Below the pieces are notes generated by a model. It was not told where the DNA came from and made no database searches. It saw only the letters and a list, made by a program, of their open reading frames with translations. Shown piece by piece: positions 45,865 to 55,414 of a DNA stretch of 64,000 bases (the first letter of the stretch is position 1; the number at the start of each line of letters is the position of its first letter). The stretch is from Gammaproteobacteria bacterium (GTDB taxonomy: Bacteria; Pseudomonadota; Gammaproteobacteria; UBA4575), in the NCBI GenBank assembly GCA_026706595.1, contig JAPOYL010000007.1, forward strand, positions 24,265-88,264, in the 5' to 3' direction. The translations under genes and the position numbers were made by a program.

Positions 45865-46101
45865 ATTATTCGATTAAGCCTGAAATAGCCTGACTCTAGG
45901 GCTGGGCAAGAAAGCACGTGGCGGGAGGCGATGCTTTCTCAGATGTCTTGCCAATCCAGAAAAGTGCAGGTATCCCATCTACAAATTGAGAACATAATAA
46001 TGGTGCAAACTATGAAAATAGAAAAGAGCTTTATTGTCTGCATGCTCAAGAAGGTTTCGTCAGATTACTTTGTCCACGGCCGGGAGACTCCACAAAGTGT
46101 T

Positions 46102-48573
46102 ATGCGTCTTGGGTTTTCCATTCACTGCACCGTCTTGGCAGGTATTCTTGCGGCAACGTTTTTCTTGCCCGGTGCGATCGCTCAAGAAAATGGCGCTACG
46201 CAGCTTGAAGAAATCGTCGTCATCGGATCTCGAAACCAGCAACCGCGCTCCGTAGGGGATTCTCCCGTTCCGGTAGATGTCATTTCCGGCGAGGAGTTCA
46301 GCAGGCTCAGCAACACTGCAGATGCAACCGACAATCTGCTGAAAACGGTTCCGTCGTTTAACGCGACTACCGCAACCGGTGATTCAGACAGCTTTTCAAG
46401 ACCGATATCTTTGCGCGGTATGGCGCAAGATCAAATTTTGTTGCTTGTCAATGGGAAGCGCCGGCACCGCTCCTCAGTCATTGCGGAATTCGCTCCAGCT
46501 GCGGGAACAGGGGCCCAGGGACCGAACATCGGGATGATTCCACCCATTGCTGCGCAGAGCATTGAGGTCCTTCGCGACGGTGCTGCGGCACAATATGGGG
46601 CTGACGCTATCGCGGGTGTCGTCAATTTCCGGCTGAAAGATTCCTCCGAAGGTGGAGTGACCCGGCTCCAGTACGGGAAGTTCTACGAAGGTGAAAGCAG
46701 CGCCAGACTTGAAAGCAACGTAGGCCTGCCGCTGGGCACCAAGGGTTTTGTCAATCTCAGCATTGATTATGCGGATAACGATGGCCTGTCTCGTGGGTTC
46801 CAGCGTCCGGATGCACAGGCGCTGATTGATCAGGGGGTGATGGGTGTCGGAGCCGATTCCCCATTTAACGATGGTTTTGCACAGAGCTGGGGTCGACCCG
46901 AAACCGATAACCTGTTGCTGTTCATTAACAGCGGTTACGAGATATCGGAGAATAGCGAAGCATACTTGTTTGGTAACTATGCGGATACGGCAGGACGGTT
47001 CCGCTTCTTTTACCGCCCTCCCAACCATCCCACGCGTACCCTCTGGCTTGCGGAGCGGGGGTACATGGGACCCGTACTGGAAACCGGGTATACACCCTGG
47101 CTGGATGGAGAACAGGAGGACTACAGCGCTGTGGCAGGGGTCCGAGGCCGCCTTCCCGGCGATTATTCATATGATGTCAGTGCTGCAATCGGTTTCAATG
47201 AGCTGGACCACTATCTGCGTAACGCGGTGAGTTACGCGATTGATCCGGAGCCGAACGACATCGGGAAGCGCTCATTTTATATCGGTGCGTACGAGCAGGA
47301 AGAAATCAATCTCAACGCAGATTTCACGAAACAGCTGACCGACAGCCTACATCTTGCTTTTGGCGCGGAATGGCGGGAAGAGACCTGGCGACAGCGCCAG
47401 GGCGAACCCGATTCGTACCAAGGAGAGTATCAGGGCAGTTTTGGTACCTCTCCGGCTGGGATGCAGGGATTTCGACCGGAAGACTCAGGCAGCTGGTCGA
47501 GGGACAACACCGCGCTGTACACGGAGCTGGAGCAGGATGCCGGCGACCGGTTGTTACTGCAGTACGCGGTTCGGTACGAGGATTACTCGGATTTTGGCAA
47601 CGTCCTGGTTGGAAAGGTCGCTGCCCGTTTCGATGTCACGGACACTGTCTTGTTACGTGGCTCCTTGTCCACCGGCTTCCATGCTCCGACGCCCGGTCAA
47701 TCGAACTTCCAGCGAGAGACGACCACGTTTGACTGTCCGGAGGCCGGCGGTGGATTTACAGGAGACTGTATTCTCGGGACTGCCAGGCCGGGCAGCGAAG
47801 CTGCAGTGGCACACGGCGGCGATTCTCTCAAGGAGGAAGAATCGGTAAATTTCACGGTTGGAGCGAGTATGGATCTGGGCATGTTCGGTAACGTGACGCT
47901 TGACCTCTACCGCATTGAGGTGGACGACCGGATTTACAAGGTCACGCCACCGACCGGGGTGTACACTGGTGCTGACGGAAACGTGACCCAGAATATCGCT
48001 GCTGCAACGAGTTACTCGGCTGTGTCGTTTTTCACGAACGTTCTGGACGTGCGTTCGTCGGGGCTAGACCTGGTCCTGACGAAAGACATTCATTGGAATG
48101 CCAGCGTGCAGTCGAATCTAACGTTCGCCTATAACTACAACAGGTTCCGCGTTGAAGGACAGGATCAGATCAACGGTCACACGCTCGTCAGTGACGCCCA
48201 GGTAGAGAGAATTGAACGCAGCTATCCGCGGCATCGATTTGTGGCCGGAATTGACACGGCGTTCGGGAACTGGGATATGCTGGTCAGGGCTAACTACTTC
48301 GGAAGACATTACGATGTGGACAGGGGAGACATCACGCAAGGAACATCGTCCCCGATTGACGCGGTCGTATTCATCGATGCCGAGCTTGGCTATCAGTTCA
48401 GCGACGCTTTGAAGTTCGTGGCCGGCGGTACGAATATCTTCGACGAGTACGTTGACCGGATCGACCCCGACCGATACGCGAACAGATACGCCAATGGATT
48501 GCCGTATCCACGCCGGGCAGCACCGAACTATGAAGGCGGTTCCTGGTATGTCCGGACGCAGTACACGTTCTAG
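46102..48573 (+). CDS. TonB-dependent outer-membrane receptor
   Basis: It has a signal peptide MRLGFSIHCTVLAGILAATFFLPGAIAQE, a plug domain with a TonB-box-like EEIVVIGSR, and a beta-barrel ending in the terminal aromatic ...RTQYTF. The ORF-track start at 45931 is over-extended. Confidence 0.85.
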   Translation: MRLGFSIHCTVLAGILAATFFLPGAIAQENGATQLEEIVVIGSRNQQPRSVGDSPVPVDVISGEEFSRLSNTADATDNLLKTVPSFNATTATGDSDSFSRPISLRGMAQDQILLLVNGKRRHRSSVIAEFAPAAGTGAQGPNIGMIPPIAAQSIEVLRDGAAAQYGADAIAGVVNFRLKDSSEGGVTRLQYGKFYEGESSARLESNVGLPLGTKGFVNLSIDYADNDGLSRGFQRPDAQALIDQGVMGVGADSPFNDGFAQSWGRPETDNLLLFINSGYEISENSEAYLFGNYADTAGRFRFFYRPPNHPTRTLWLAERGYMGPVLETGYTPWLDGEQEDYSAVAGVRGRLPGDYSYDVSAAIGFNELDHYLRNAVSYAIDPEPNDIGKRSFYIGAYEQEEINLNADFTKQLTDSLHLAFGAEWREETWRQRQGEPDSYQGEYQGSFGTSPAGMQGFRPEDSGSWSRDNTALYTELEQDAGDRLLLQYAVRYEDYSDFGNVLVGKVAARFDVTDTVLLRGSLSTGFHAPTPGQSNFQRETTTFDCPEAGGGFTGDCILGTARPGSEAAVAHGGDSLKEEESVNFTVGASMDLGMFGNVTLDLYRIEVDDRIYKVTPPTGVYTGADGNVTQNIAAATSYSAVSFFTNVLDVRSSGLDLVLTKDIHWNASVQSNLTFAYNYNRFRVEGQDQINGHTLVSDAQVERIERSYPRHRFVAGIDTAFGNWDMLVRANYFGRHYDVDRGDITQGTSSPIDAVVFIDAELGYQFSDALKFVAGGTNIFDEYVDRIDPDRYANRYANGLPYPRRAAPNYEGGSWYVRTQYTF

Positions 48574-48599
48574 ATCAGTCTTCCGGCATCGGTTCTGAT

Positions 48600-49289
48600 T
48601 CAGTGCAGGGTGAAGGAGATTGGCACGGACAGTTCTAGTTCTTCTTGGCTGATATTGGCCGGGACGGCAGGGAAAGGAGTTGCGCGCCGGATCAGCTTCT
48701 TGACCTCGAGATCCAGGGCCTTGGACCCAGAACTTTTTCTGATCTCGTACTCCTTGAGGCTGCCGTCACGATTCAGAGTGAAGGCCAGTATGACGGTCCC
48801 CTGGTCGCCACGGCGCCTGGCACGGGCCGGGTATCTCTTTAACCTGTCCAGGCGGTCAAGGATCAGCTGGTAGTAACCGTAATCCGCCTTTGATGCCTGG
48901 GTTCCAGGCTTCGGGGATGAAGCGGGTGGACTCTCTGGCTGTACCGGCTCGGGCGGTACTACTTCTTCAGGTGGGCTTTCTTCCTCTGGGACGGGCTGTT
49001 CGAGTTCGGGCACGACCACTTTTTGTGGCTCCACCTTGGGTTCAGGGGGTTTGGGCTTTACAGGTTCAGGTTTCGGTTCCGGTGGAGGCGGCTTGGGGGG
49101 TGGAGGTGGTGCCGGTTTGACCGGGGCTGGTGCAAGGTTGGTCAGGTCGACCACGTACTGGCTGAAAGGATGCACCGATTCTGCCGAAAGGCCGGTCAGG
49201 TTGATGTTCATCACCGCAACGATGTGCAGCAGGAGCGCCAGGCTGACTACATTGAACCAGTGCTTATTGGTGATTTCCATCTCGGTCAC
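48600..49289 (-). CDS. tonB: energy transducer TonB
   Basis: It has an N-terminal TM anchor, a long Pro-rich (PxP/KP repeats) spacer, and a C-terminal TonB domain. Confidence 0.8.
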   Translation of the reverse strand: MTEMEITNKHWFNVVSLALLLHIVAVMNINLTGLSAESVHPFSQYVVDLTNLAPAPVKPAPPPPPKPPPPEPKPEPVKPKPPEPKVEPQKVVVPELEQPVPEEESPPEEVVPPEPVQPESPPASSPKPGTQASKADYGYYQLILDRLDRLKRYPARARRRGDQGTVILAFTLNRDGSLKEYEIRKSSGSKALDLEVKKLIRRATPFPAVPANISQEELELSVPISFTLH

Positions 49290-49295
49290 GCGATG

Positions 49296-49694
49296 CTAGA
49301 TTCTCAAGGTGAGCAGTTGAAAATTCTCATACCCGCTTTCCCTGACAATCTCCATCAACTCGAATACCCTCTGCATGCTGACTTTCTGGTCCGCCTTGAT
49401 TTCAATGGAGGCATCTGGGTTGTTTTCAATCGTCTCTTGTGCCAGCAGGCGAAATCCCTGCAAGGAGATTTCCCTGCCGTCGTAGGCAAGTTCGCCTTCC
49501 TTGCCGAGCAGGATCTGTATGGGCTCGTCCGTGCTCTGCCGGTCACTGATGGACTCGGGCGGATGCACGTCAAGCAGTTCGGGTTCGGTGAAAATTCCGC
49601 CCAGTATGAGGAATATCAACAGCAGGAAGATGATGTTGATCAGCGGCAGAACGCCTTCAAAGTCCTGTGACTTCTTTTCTTCGGTAAGCGTCAT
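49296..49694 (-). CDS. exbD: biopolymer transport protein ExbD/TolR (copy 2)
   Basis: It is 132 aa with a single TM helix (LPLINIIFLLLIFLIL) and an ExbD periplasmic domain. Confidence 0.8.
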   Translation of the reverse strand: MTLTEEKKSQDFEGVLPLINIIFLLLIFLILGGIFTEPELLDVHPPESISDRQSTDEPIQILLGKEGELAYDGREISLQGFRLLAQETIENNPDASIEIKADQKVSMQRVFELMEIVRESGYENFQLLTLRI

Positions 49695-50101
49695 CGCGGG
49701 CGTTTTTCCAGATTGTGCAGGAACGAGATGTTGTCCGGGGCCAACGGCACCAGTTCATCGAGTACGAACACCGTATCCCGCAACGGTGTGTCATCCTCGG
49801 GTTGGATGAAGAAGACATGCTGGTGATTGGCTGCAAGTTTGCGGCTTGCCAGTTCCACCAGTTCGGAGAAGTTGATTGCCTGATCGTCAAAGCGCAGTTC
49901 CCCGTTGACGGATATCCGCACCACGGAACTCGTTTGCGGGACGGCAGTAACCGTTTCGCTCTGTGCAACACTCAGCGTCACGATGGAAAACTTTGCGAAA
50001 TCCGTGACCAGCATGAAGAAAATCAGCAGGATGAACACCACATCAATCAGTGGTGTCAGGCTGATGAGGTTGCGCTTTTTTGAACCCTCGGCGATCTGCA
50101 C
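49691..50101 (-). CDS. exbD: biopolymer transport protein ExbD/TolR (copy 1)
   Basis: It is 136 aa with the LTPLIDVVFILLIFFM TM segment and is a tandem paralog of the next gene. Confidence 0.8.
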   Translation of the reverse strand: MQIAEGSKKRNLISLTPLIDVVFILLIFFMLVTDFAKFSIVTLSVAQSETVTAVPQTSSVVRISVNGELRFDDQAINFSELVELASRKLAANHQHVFFIQPEDDTPLRDTVFVLDELVPLAPDNISFLHNLEKRPR

Positions 50102-50103
50102 GT

Positions 50104-50775
50104 TCAGGCCATGCTGGAATCGGTTGCAGGGGTTTGCGCTGCAGATGGTTTACCCGTGAACACCTGGGTCGCTGAATCTTCCATGCGGTGGCGGGTCCGG
50201 TCGATGACCCGGTCAAAGTAGTTCACCATCAGCACCGCAGGAATTGCGATGGACAGGCCCAGTGCTGTGGTCAGCAGGGCTTCCCAGATGCCGCCGGATA
50301 AAATCGAAGGATCCACCTTGCTGCCGGCGAGTTCCAGCTCGCGAAACACCTTGATCATGCCAAGCACCGTGCCCAGCAGTCCGAGCAGGGGACTCAGGGC
50401 GGCAATCACTTCCAGCATGCGCATGTGGCTTCTGAGGTTTTCCAGTTGCAGGCGTGCCACGCGCAGGGTCTCCTCACGTGCGTTCTCGATAGAGGCTCCA
50501 AGGCGCGCCTGGCTTTGCACGAAGGCGGTATGCAGGACTTTCGCTACCGGGTGACCGTTGCCTTCCAGCATGTCGATCGCCTGGTTCTGGTTGTCTCTGC
50601 GCCACGTCTGCAGGGCATCATCCGCAAACTTGGATGACCCCAGGCGCAGCACATAAAACTGCCAGAATTTCAGGAGAATGACTGCGGTTCCGATCACGGA
50701 AAATACGAGAAGTATCAACACGACCGGACCGCCAAGATTCAATAGCAACTCGAAAGAGCTTTGTAGTTTGTTCAT
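50104..50775 (-). CDS. exbB: MotA/TolQ/ExbB proton-channel protein
   Basis: It is 223 aa with three TM helices and the conserved ...GLLGTVLGMI... region. Confidence 0.85.
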   Translation of the reverse strand: MNKLQSSFELLLNLGGPVVLILLVFSVIGTAVILLKFWQFYVLRLGSSKFADDALQTWRRDNQNQAIDMLEGNGHPVAKVLHTAFVQSQARLGASIENAREETLRVARLQLENLRSHMRMLEVIAALSPLLGLLGTVLGMIKVFRELELAGSKVDPSILSGGIWEALLTTALGLSIAIPAVLMVNYFDRVIDRTRHRMEDSATQVFTGKPSAAQTPATDSSMA

Positions 50776-50919
50776 GATTTTCTGGTTTCCCTTTTCTGAC
50801 TGTAGTCAACGTGCAGTTCAGCCTGCCTCGACGCTGGTTTTTTTCTGGTCGGGGCGCACACCAGCCCGTGAAATATTCTTTCTGTCTGTTCACGCGCTTG
50901 TGGATGCTGGCTGCAACAT

Positions 50920-53900
50920 TCACGGCGCATAGTATACCTGCTCCCTGCCGCCCATCGGGCGGGCGTGAACCGCGTAGTCGTTCAGGTGGCAGAAGATGCT
51001 GGCCAGTTTCATCTGTTCGACCGTCTTGCAGGGGACTTCAAGCAGTTTTGGACTGGCGATCACGATCGCCAGACACTGGGCCCGCGACAGTGCGACGTTC
51101 AGCCGGTTTCTGCTGTACAGGAACTCGAAGTTGCGGGGCAAGTCCTCGGCACTCGAGCTGACCATGGAGATCAGCACGACAGCAGCCTCCTGCCCCTGGA
51201 ACTTGTCGACCGTTCCCACTCTTGCACCTTGCGGCAGCAGGGTGCGCAGGTGGTTGACCTGCACGTTGTATGGAGTGACCACAAGTATGTCCTGCATGTC
51301 GATAGGGCGTGTACTGCCATCCTTGTCCCGAAAAGTCTGGCCGAGCAACTCCATGTACCTGGATTCCACGATCTCGCCCTCCTCGACGCTTTTCTGGGAA
51401 CAGCCTGTATGCCTGGCGGCAATCATGACGATGCCTTCATTAGGCAGATCCGAATCATGCAGCACCAGGCTGCGTTGCAGTGCACTTTCATGGGACATCA
51501 GCTGGTCTTCGTAGAAAGCCTCTGACACGAAACTGCAGATCCCCGGCACGAGTCGGTACGTCTGGTCCAGGAAGATGCCGCGTTCAGGGGTTACCATCGA
51601 GCGCTCGCCAAGCAGGAACTCAAGCACGGACAGTCCGGATTCGCCGGGATGGATGCCCTGCACAGGCTGGGCAAGCTGCATCCGGTCTCCCGCTAGGATG
51701 ATATTTTTTGTGGACATGGCCATCGCCATGACGTTGGCCATGGGCACCTGGCCCGCCTCATCGATAAATAGGTAATCGAGTCGTCCCTGCAGGTGTACAT
51801 GGGAGAACAGCCATGCAGTTCCGGCGAACAGGTTGGCACCAAGGTCAACGTCCTCCGTGCGGGTCTCGTTGATAATGGATGTGTCTTCAAAGAACGTTTC
51901 CCTGGAGCCACGGGTGGCTTTCTTCACGCCACGGAATCGCAACTGTTCGCGCCCGGCAATCGATGTGACCTGTGCCAGCAGATTGTGGATGGCCTTGTGT
52001 GAGTTCGAAGTGATTCCGATTTTCTTACCGCCTTTGAGTAACCCAACAATAATGTGAGCGCTGACGTAGGTTTTGCCCGATCCGGGCGGACCCTGTATGA
52101 ACAGGTAGCTGTGGTCCAGGCAGGAGGCCGCTTGCATAACCTTGGCCTGCGTGCGCGGCGGATCGACGATGGGTTGTCCTGCGGTTTTGCCGCGAATGCG
52201 GGGGATGCGGCGCTGCAGGAGCTCACTTGCTACATGCGAATGACCGTGATGACTGATGACATGCCTCGCACATCGGTACATGGCCGAACGGATGCCCCGA
52301 TTATCGATCGGCCTTTCTGGGCCTGCAGAAAAGCAGGCGGGCAGGGGCCCCTTGTCGGCTCTTTTGCGGATTCTGACGATGTTGTGGGTCTCGTCCAGGT
52401 CGATGATGATGCCTGCGGTCTCTAGGGTACGGGCATTGACGATCGTCTGGCCGGCTTTCAGCTTGGACTCCTGGGGCGGGAACTTGAAGGTGTAGGTCCT
52501 GTAGGGCCACTTGGTTTCGGGTGCCTCGGTTTGCTGCAAGCCTGCCAGACACTCGGTGTCATCGATCAGCTCGTCCTCGTATTTGTTTTGCCGTTCAAAG
52601 CGGCTCCACCACAGGGGCTTGGCCTCGCGCTTGTGAAATTCGAGGAGATGCGAGAGGTGTGTGCCCAGGGCTTGCGATTCATCCTGCAGGTTGCCGAGGT
52701 GCGCCTGCAACTCGGCCCGCCCGGCATATTCCGGATCGTGCTGTACCCTTTCTGTTTCTGTGTCAGCCTGCAGTGCAGGCCAAGGCAGATCGGCTGGCCG
52801 AAGTTCCAGCAGCCAGTCGCGCAGCAGACGGGTGGAGATGCAGTCCGCCTGGTTGTACTCTGCGATTTCATCCAGCAGATCATCTTCCCGGGTTGCACGC
52901 CACCTGCTGTACGTGAGCATACTGTCCGCCGCCGTGGCAACTGCACTGTCCCGTTCAGGCATATAAAAGGTTTCCAGGTGCTTGATGGAATAACCCGGCT
53001 CTGAGGTACGGATGGACTCACGCACCACAGGGTACAGGTCCACAAACTTTTGTGTCCGGAGCAGGGCGTCCAGCTGTTCCTCGCAAACTGCATACCGGCA
53101 GGACAGCCGTTTCAGGGCCGTGGTCTCATAGTGGTTGTAGTGGTAGATATGGGCATGCGGGTGATCTTCGAGGTGAGTGTCCAGAAACTGCATGAAATCC
53201 TGAAAGGCCTGTTTTTCCTGTGCGTGATTGTGGGCCCAGAACATCTCGAACGCCTCCTCGAGCCCATGCATGTGATGTATCCCAAACAGGTACTCCAGGC
53301 CGCCGGGGTGCAAGGGATCACCCTCCATGTCGAAAAAAAGATCCCCGGGGTCGGGTCCCGGCATGCGGGCCAGGCCTTTTTCTGCAGGACAGGAGATCAT
53401 CTCGAACCGGCTCTTGCCGGTGACGGCGCGCTTGGCCTGCAGTGCGGCCTGTGAGCGAAGGCGGGCAAGCACCTGTCCGTTCAGGCCCGGTATTTCGGAA
53501 TCTTCGGGCATCGCCGCCAGCTGTGTCGCCGTATGGATACCTGCTGTGTGCAGCTTGTCGGTCTGCGAGCGCCGGATGTTGGCTACCCGGCACAAATGAT
53601 CGTCCGTCTCCCAGCGTGCGGCGCAATGTTCCTGCCAGTCGCACAAACTGCAATGCGCACATGACACCGGGTAGGAGTCCTCGGGCAAATTTTTCATGTA
53701 GTTTTCAAAGTTTTGCCGGGCATGGGAACAGTAGGCAAAGAAATCGGACACCCTGAAGCATTGTTTCTTTCCGGCCCCGGAGTACAGGTACATGTATGCC
53801 GGGCGAAGGTCCTGCAGGCGGGCCAGCAACGCGGAGTACATGCACAGCTGCACGATATGGCGGGGCCGGGCCGTTTGGGCCAGCTTGGTATCCAGGACTT

Positions 53901-54288
53901 CGTAGCTGTATGCCCCGAACGACGAGGCAGTCTCGCACTTCACCAGGAAGTCTGCGTAACCGCACCACGGTTCATCCAGAAAGGCGCCCTGGTAGATGAC
54001 GTCCACTCCGGCCTGCATGGCTTCTAGCGTAAGGTCTGCGCGTGCTTCAAGACTGCGTTTTGCCGGAATCTCATGAATGTGGCTTCCCCCGTCCTTGAGG
54101 TGTTGCAAGTAGGCCTGTTCATGCTCGATGCCCCGCTGGCGCAGGAATTGCCGGGTAGTATCGGCTTTTTTCCTGGCAAGCGGTTCGATCAGGTGCTGGA
54201 CATCCAGGTAAGTTGCATGAGAGCACTCCAGAAAGGTGACCAGGTCGGATGGGGAGTAGAGAAGTTGACCATGGGCGTGCCGCTGCAT
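50920..54288 (-). CDS. multidomain nuclease-helicase: N-terminal Cas4/RecB-like PD-(D/E)xK nuclease with 4-Cys cluster, central RNase-H-like (DxE) domain, C-terminal Upf1/DNA2-like SF1 helicase
   Basis: It is 1122 aa. The nuclease has FLDEPWCGYADFL...YEVLDTK plus the Cys motifs CSHA and CAHCSLCDWQEHC. The RNase-H-like domain has DLFFDMEGDP. The helicase has GPPGSGKT, FIDEAGQ, LAGDRMQL, VDKFQGQE and NVALSRAQ. Confidence 0.8.
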   Translation of the reverse strand: MQRHAHGQLLYSPSDLVTFLECSHATYLDVQHLIEPLARKKADTTRQFLRQRGIEHEQAYLQHLKDGGSHIHEIPAKRSLEARADLTLEAMQAGVDVIYQGAFLDEPWCGYADFLVKCETASSFGAYSYEVLDTKLAQTARPRHIVQLCMYSALLARLQDLRPAYMYLYSGAGKKQCFRVSDFFAYCSHARQNFENYMKNLPEDSYPVSCAHCSLCDWQEHCAARWETDDHLCRVANIRRSQTDKLHTAGIHTATQLAAMPEDSEIPGLNGQVLARLRSQAALQAKRAVTGKSRFEMISCPAEKGLARMPGPDPGDLFFDMEGDPLHPGGLEYLFGIHHMHGLEEAFEMFWAHNHAQEKQAFQDFMQFLDTHLEDHPHAHIYHYNHYETTALKRLSCRYAVCEEQLDALLRTQKFVDLYPVVRESIRTSEPGYSIKHLETFYMPERDSAVATAADSMLTYSRWRATREDDLLDEIAEYNQADCISTRLLRDWLLELRPADLPWPALQADTETERVQHDPEYAGRAELQAHLGNLQDESQALGTHLSHLLEFHKREAKPLWWSRFERQNKYEDELIDDTECLAGLQQTEAPETKWPYRTYTFKFPPQESKLKAGQTIVNARTLETAGIIIDLDETHNIVRIRKRADKGPLPACFSAGPERPIDNRGIRSAMYRCARHVISHHGHSHVASELLQRRIPRIRGKTAGQPIVDPPRTQAKVMQAASCLDHSYLFIQGPPGSGKTYVSAHIIVGLLKGGKKIGITSNSHKAIHNLLAQVTSIAGREQLRFRGVKKATRGSRETFFEDTSIINETRTEDVDLGANLFAGTAWLFSHVHLQGRLDYLFIDEAGQVPMANVMAMAMSTKNIILAGDRMQLAQPVQGIHPGESGLSVLEFLLGERSMVTPERGIFLDQTYRLVPGICSFVSEAFYEDQLMSHESALQRSLVLHDSDLPNEGIVMIAARHTGCSQKSVEEGEIVESRYMELLGQTFRDKDGSTRPIDMQDILVVTPYNVQVNHLRTLLPQGARVGTVDKFQGQEAAVVLISMVSSSAEDLPRNFEFLYSRNRLNVALSRAQCLAIVIASPKLLEVPCKTVEQMKLASIFCHLNDYAVHARPMGGREQVYYAP

Positions 54289-54386
54289 GATCTGGATTCT
54301 AGCGAATGATGGTCAGGACCCCAAGAAATCTACACAAGGTGCAGGGTAAGCCTCCGTAGCCTCACCAGGGAGAAAAAATCAGGGGA

Positions 54387-54617
54387 TCAGGCAGGGACGG
54401 GGGTAGCCATGTCCTTGGCAGCAAAGTCCAATACATGTACATTGTCGCAGCGGTGCTGGTGGACGGCATCGATAATGGATTGCGCTTCACACCGACAGAT
54501 CCCGCAGCGAGTCCCCACCCTGAGGGTCTTGCCGAGGGCCTCTAGATCGCCACAGCCACGCTTGGCCGCAGCTTTGATCTCGGCTTCTTTTACAGCGTGA
54601 CATAGGCAGACATACAT
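54387..54617 (-). CDS. bfd: bacterioferritin-associated ferredoxin
   Basis: It is 76 aa from MYVCLCHAVKEAEIK...TRCGICRC, the [2Fe-2S] Cys pattern of Bfd, and is divergent from bfr. The ORF-track start at 54656 is over-extended. Confidence 0.75.
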   Translation of the reverse strand: MYVCLCHAVKEAEIKAAAKRGCGDLEALGKTLRVGTRCGICRCEAQSIIDAVHQHRCDNVHVLDFAAKDMATPVPA

Positions 54618-54670
54618 CGTAGTGAGATTATAAACAATAATGATTTTTAATTGCAACCAGTAACGGGAAC

Positions 54671-54689
54671 GAAAATAATTATCATTTAT
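54671..54689. promoter_or_regulatory. candidate Fur box (gaaaataattatcatttat, 13/19 to GATAATGATAATCATTATC)
   Basis: It was found by eye in the AT-rich bfd-bfr divergent intergenic region, 55-70 nt upstream of the bfd start. Confidence 0.35.
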
Positions 54690-54697
54690 AACAGCAG

Positions 54698-54716
54698 CTT
54701 ATGTGATATACATAAG
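54698..54716. promoter_or_regulatory. 19-bp palindrome cttatgt-gatat-acataag in bfr promoter region
   Basis: It has perfect 7-bp arms and sits just upstream of a TATACT -10-like hexamer, about 50 nt before the bfr ATG. Confidence 0.3.
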
Positions 54717-54761
54717 AAGGTATCTGATATATACTTAGCTTAATCAACGATCGAGGACGCC

Positions 54762-55235
54762 ATGCAACCGCAAAACACCAAAATTATCGACTACCTCAAC
54801 CAGGTCCTGAAGAACGAGCTGACGGCGATCAACCAGTACTTCCTGCACGCAAAGATGCTCAAGGACTGGGGGCTGAACCGCTTGGGTGAACATGAGTACT
54901 CCGAGTCCGTTGACGAGATGAAGCATGCCGACAGCCTGATCGAGCGGATCCTGTTTCTTGAAGGGATGCCGAACCTGCAGGAACTGGGCAAGCTTCATAT
55001 CGGTGAGAATGTCCAGGAAATGCTCACGTGCGACCTGAAACTGGAAATGGATGCTGCCCCGGTCCTGCGTGAGGGCATCGCCTATGCCGAATCCATCAGT
55101 GATTTCGTGAGCCGCGAGCTGTTCGAGGAAATTCTCGAATCCGAGGAAGAGCATATCGACTGGCTGGAGACCCAGCTTGAGCTGATCAATAAGGTCGGCC
55201 TGGAAAATTACCTCCAGGAGCAGATGCACTCATAA
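54762..55235 (+). CDS. bfr: bacterioferritin
   Basis: It is 157 aa and starts [32 protein letters not shown], with ferroxidase-centre Glu and His residues. GAGGA lies 6 nt before the ATG. Confidence 0.9.
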   Translation: MQPQNTKIIDYLNQVLKNELTAINQYFLHAKMLKDWGLNRLGEHEYSESVDEMKHADSLIERILFLEGMPNLQELGKLHIGENVQEMLTCDLKLEMDAAPVLREGIAYAESISDFVSRELFEEILESEEEHIDWLETQLELINKVGLENYLQEQMHS

Positions 55236-55414
55236 AACTCGGCTACGCGCCCCACGCACTGTATTCCCCGCCGGGGCCCTGGTTCCTGTTTCCCGTCTCG
55301 TTGTCGATCCTGTGGCATTCCCGCAGCGAATGGCATTGAAGCCCTTGGGTTATCCTGTCATTGGCCGGGGTATACTTTCCTGTAAAACCCTAAGGCAGCG
55401 ACCCACTGGACGGC

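Noticed and set aside
45865-46101. Possible Fur box (gagaacataataatggtg) upstream of the TonB-dependent receptor
   Set aside because: It is only a 9-10/19 match to the consensus by eye and not distinguishable from chance in AT-rich promoter DNA.
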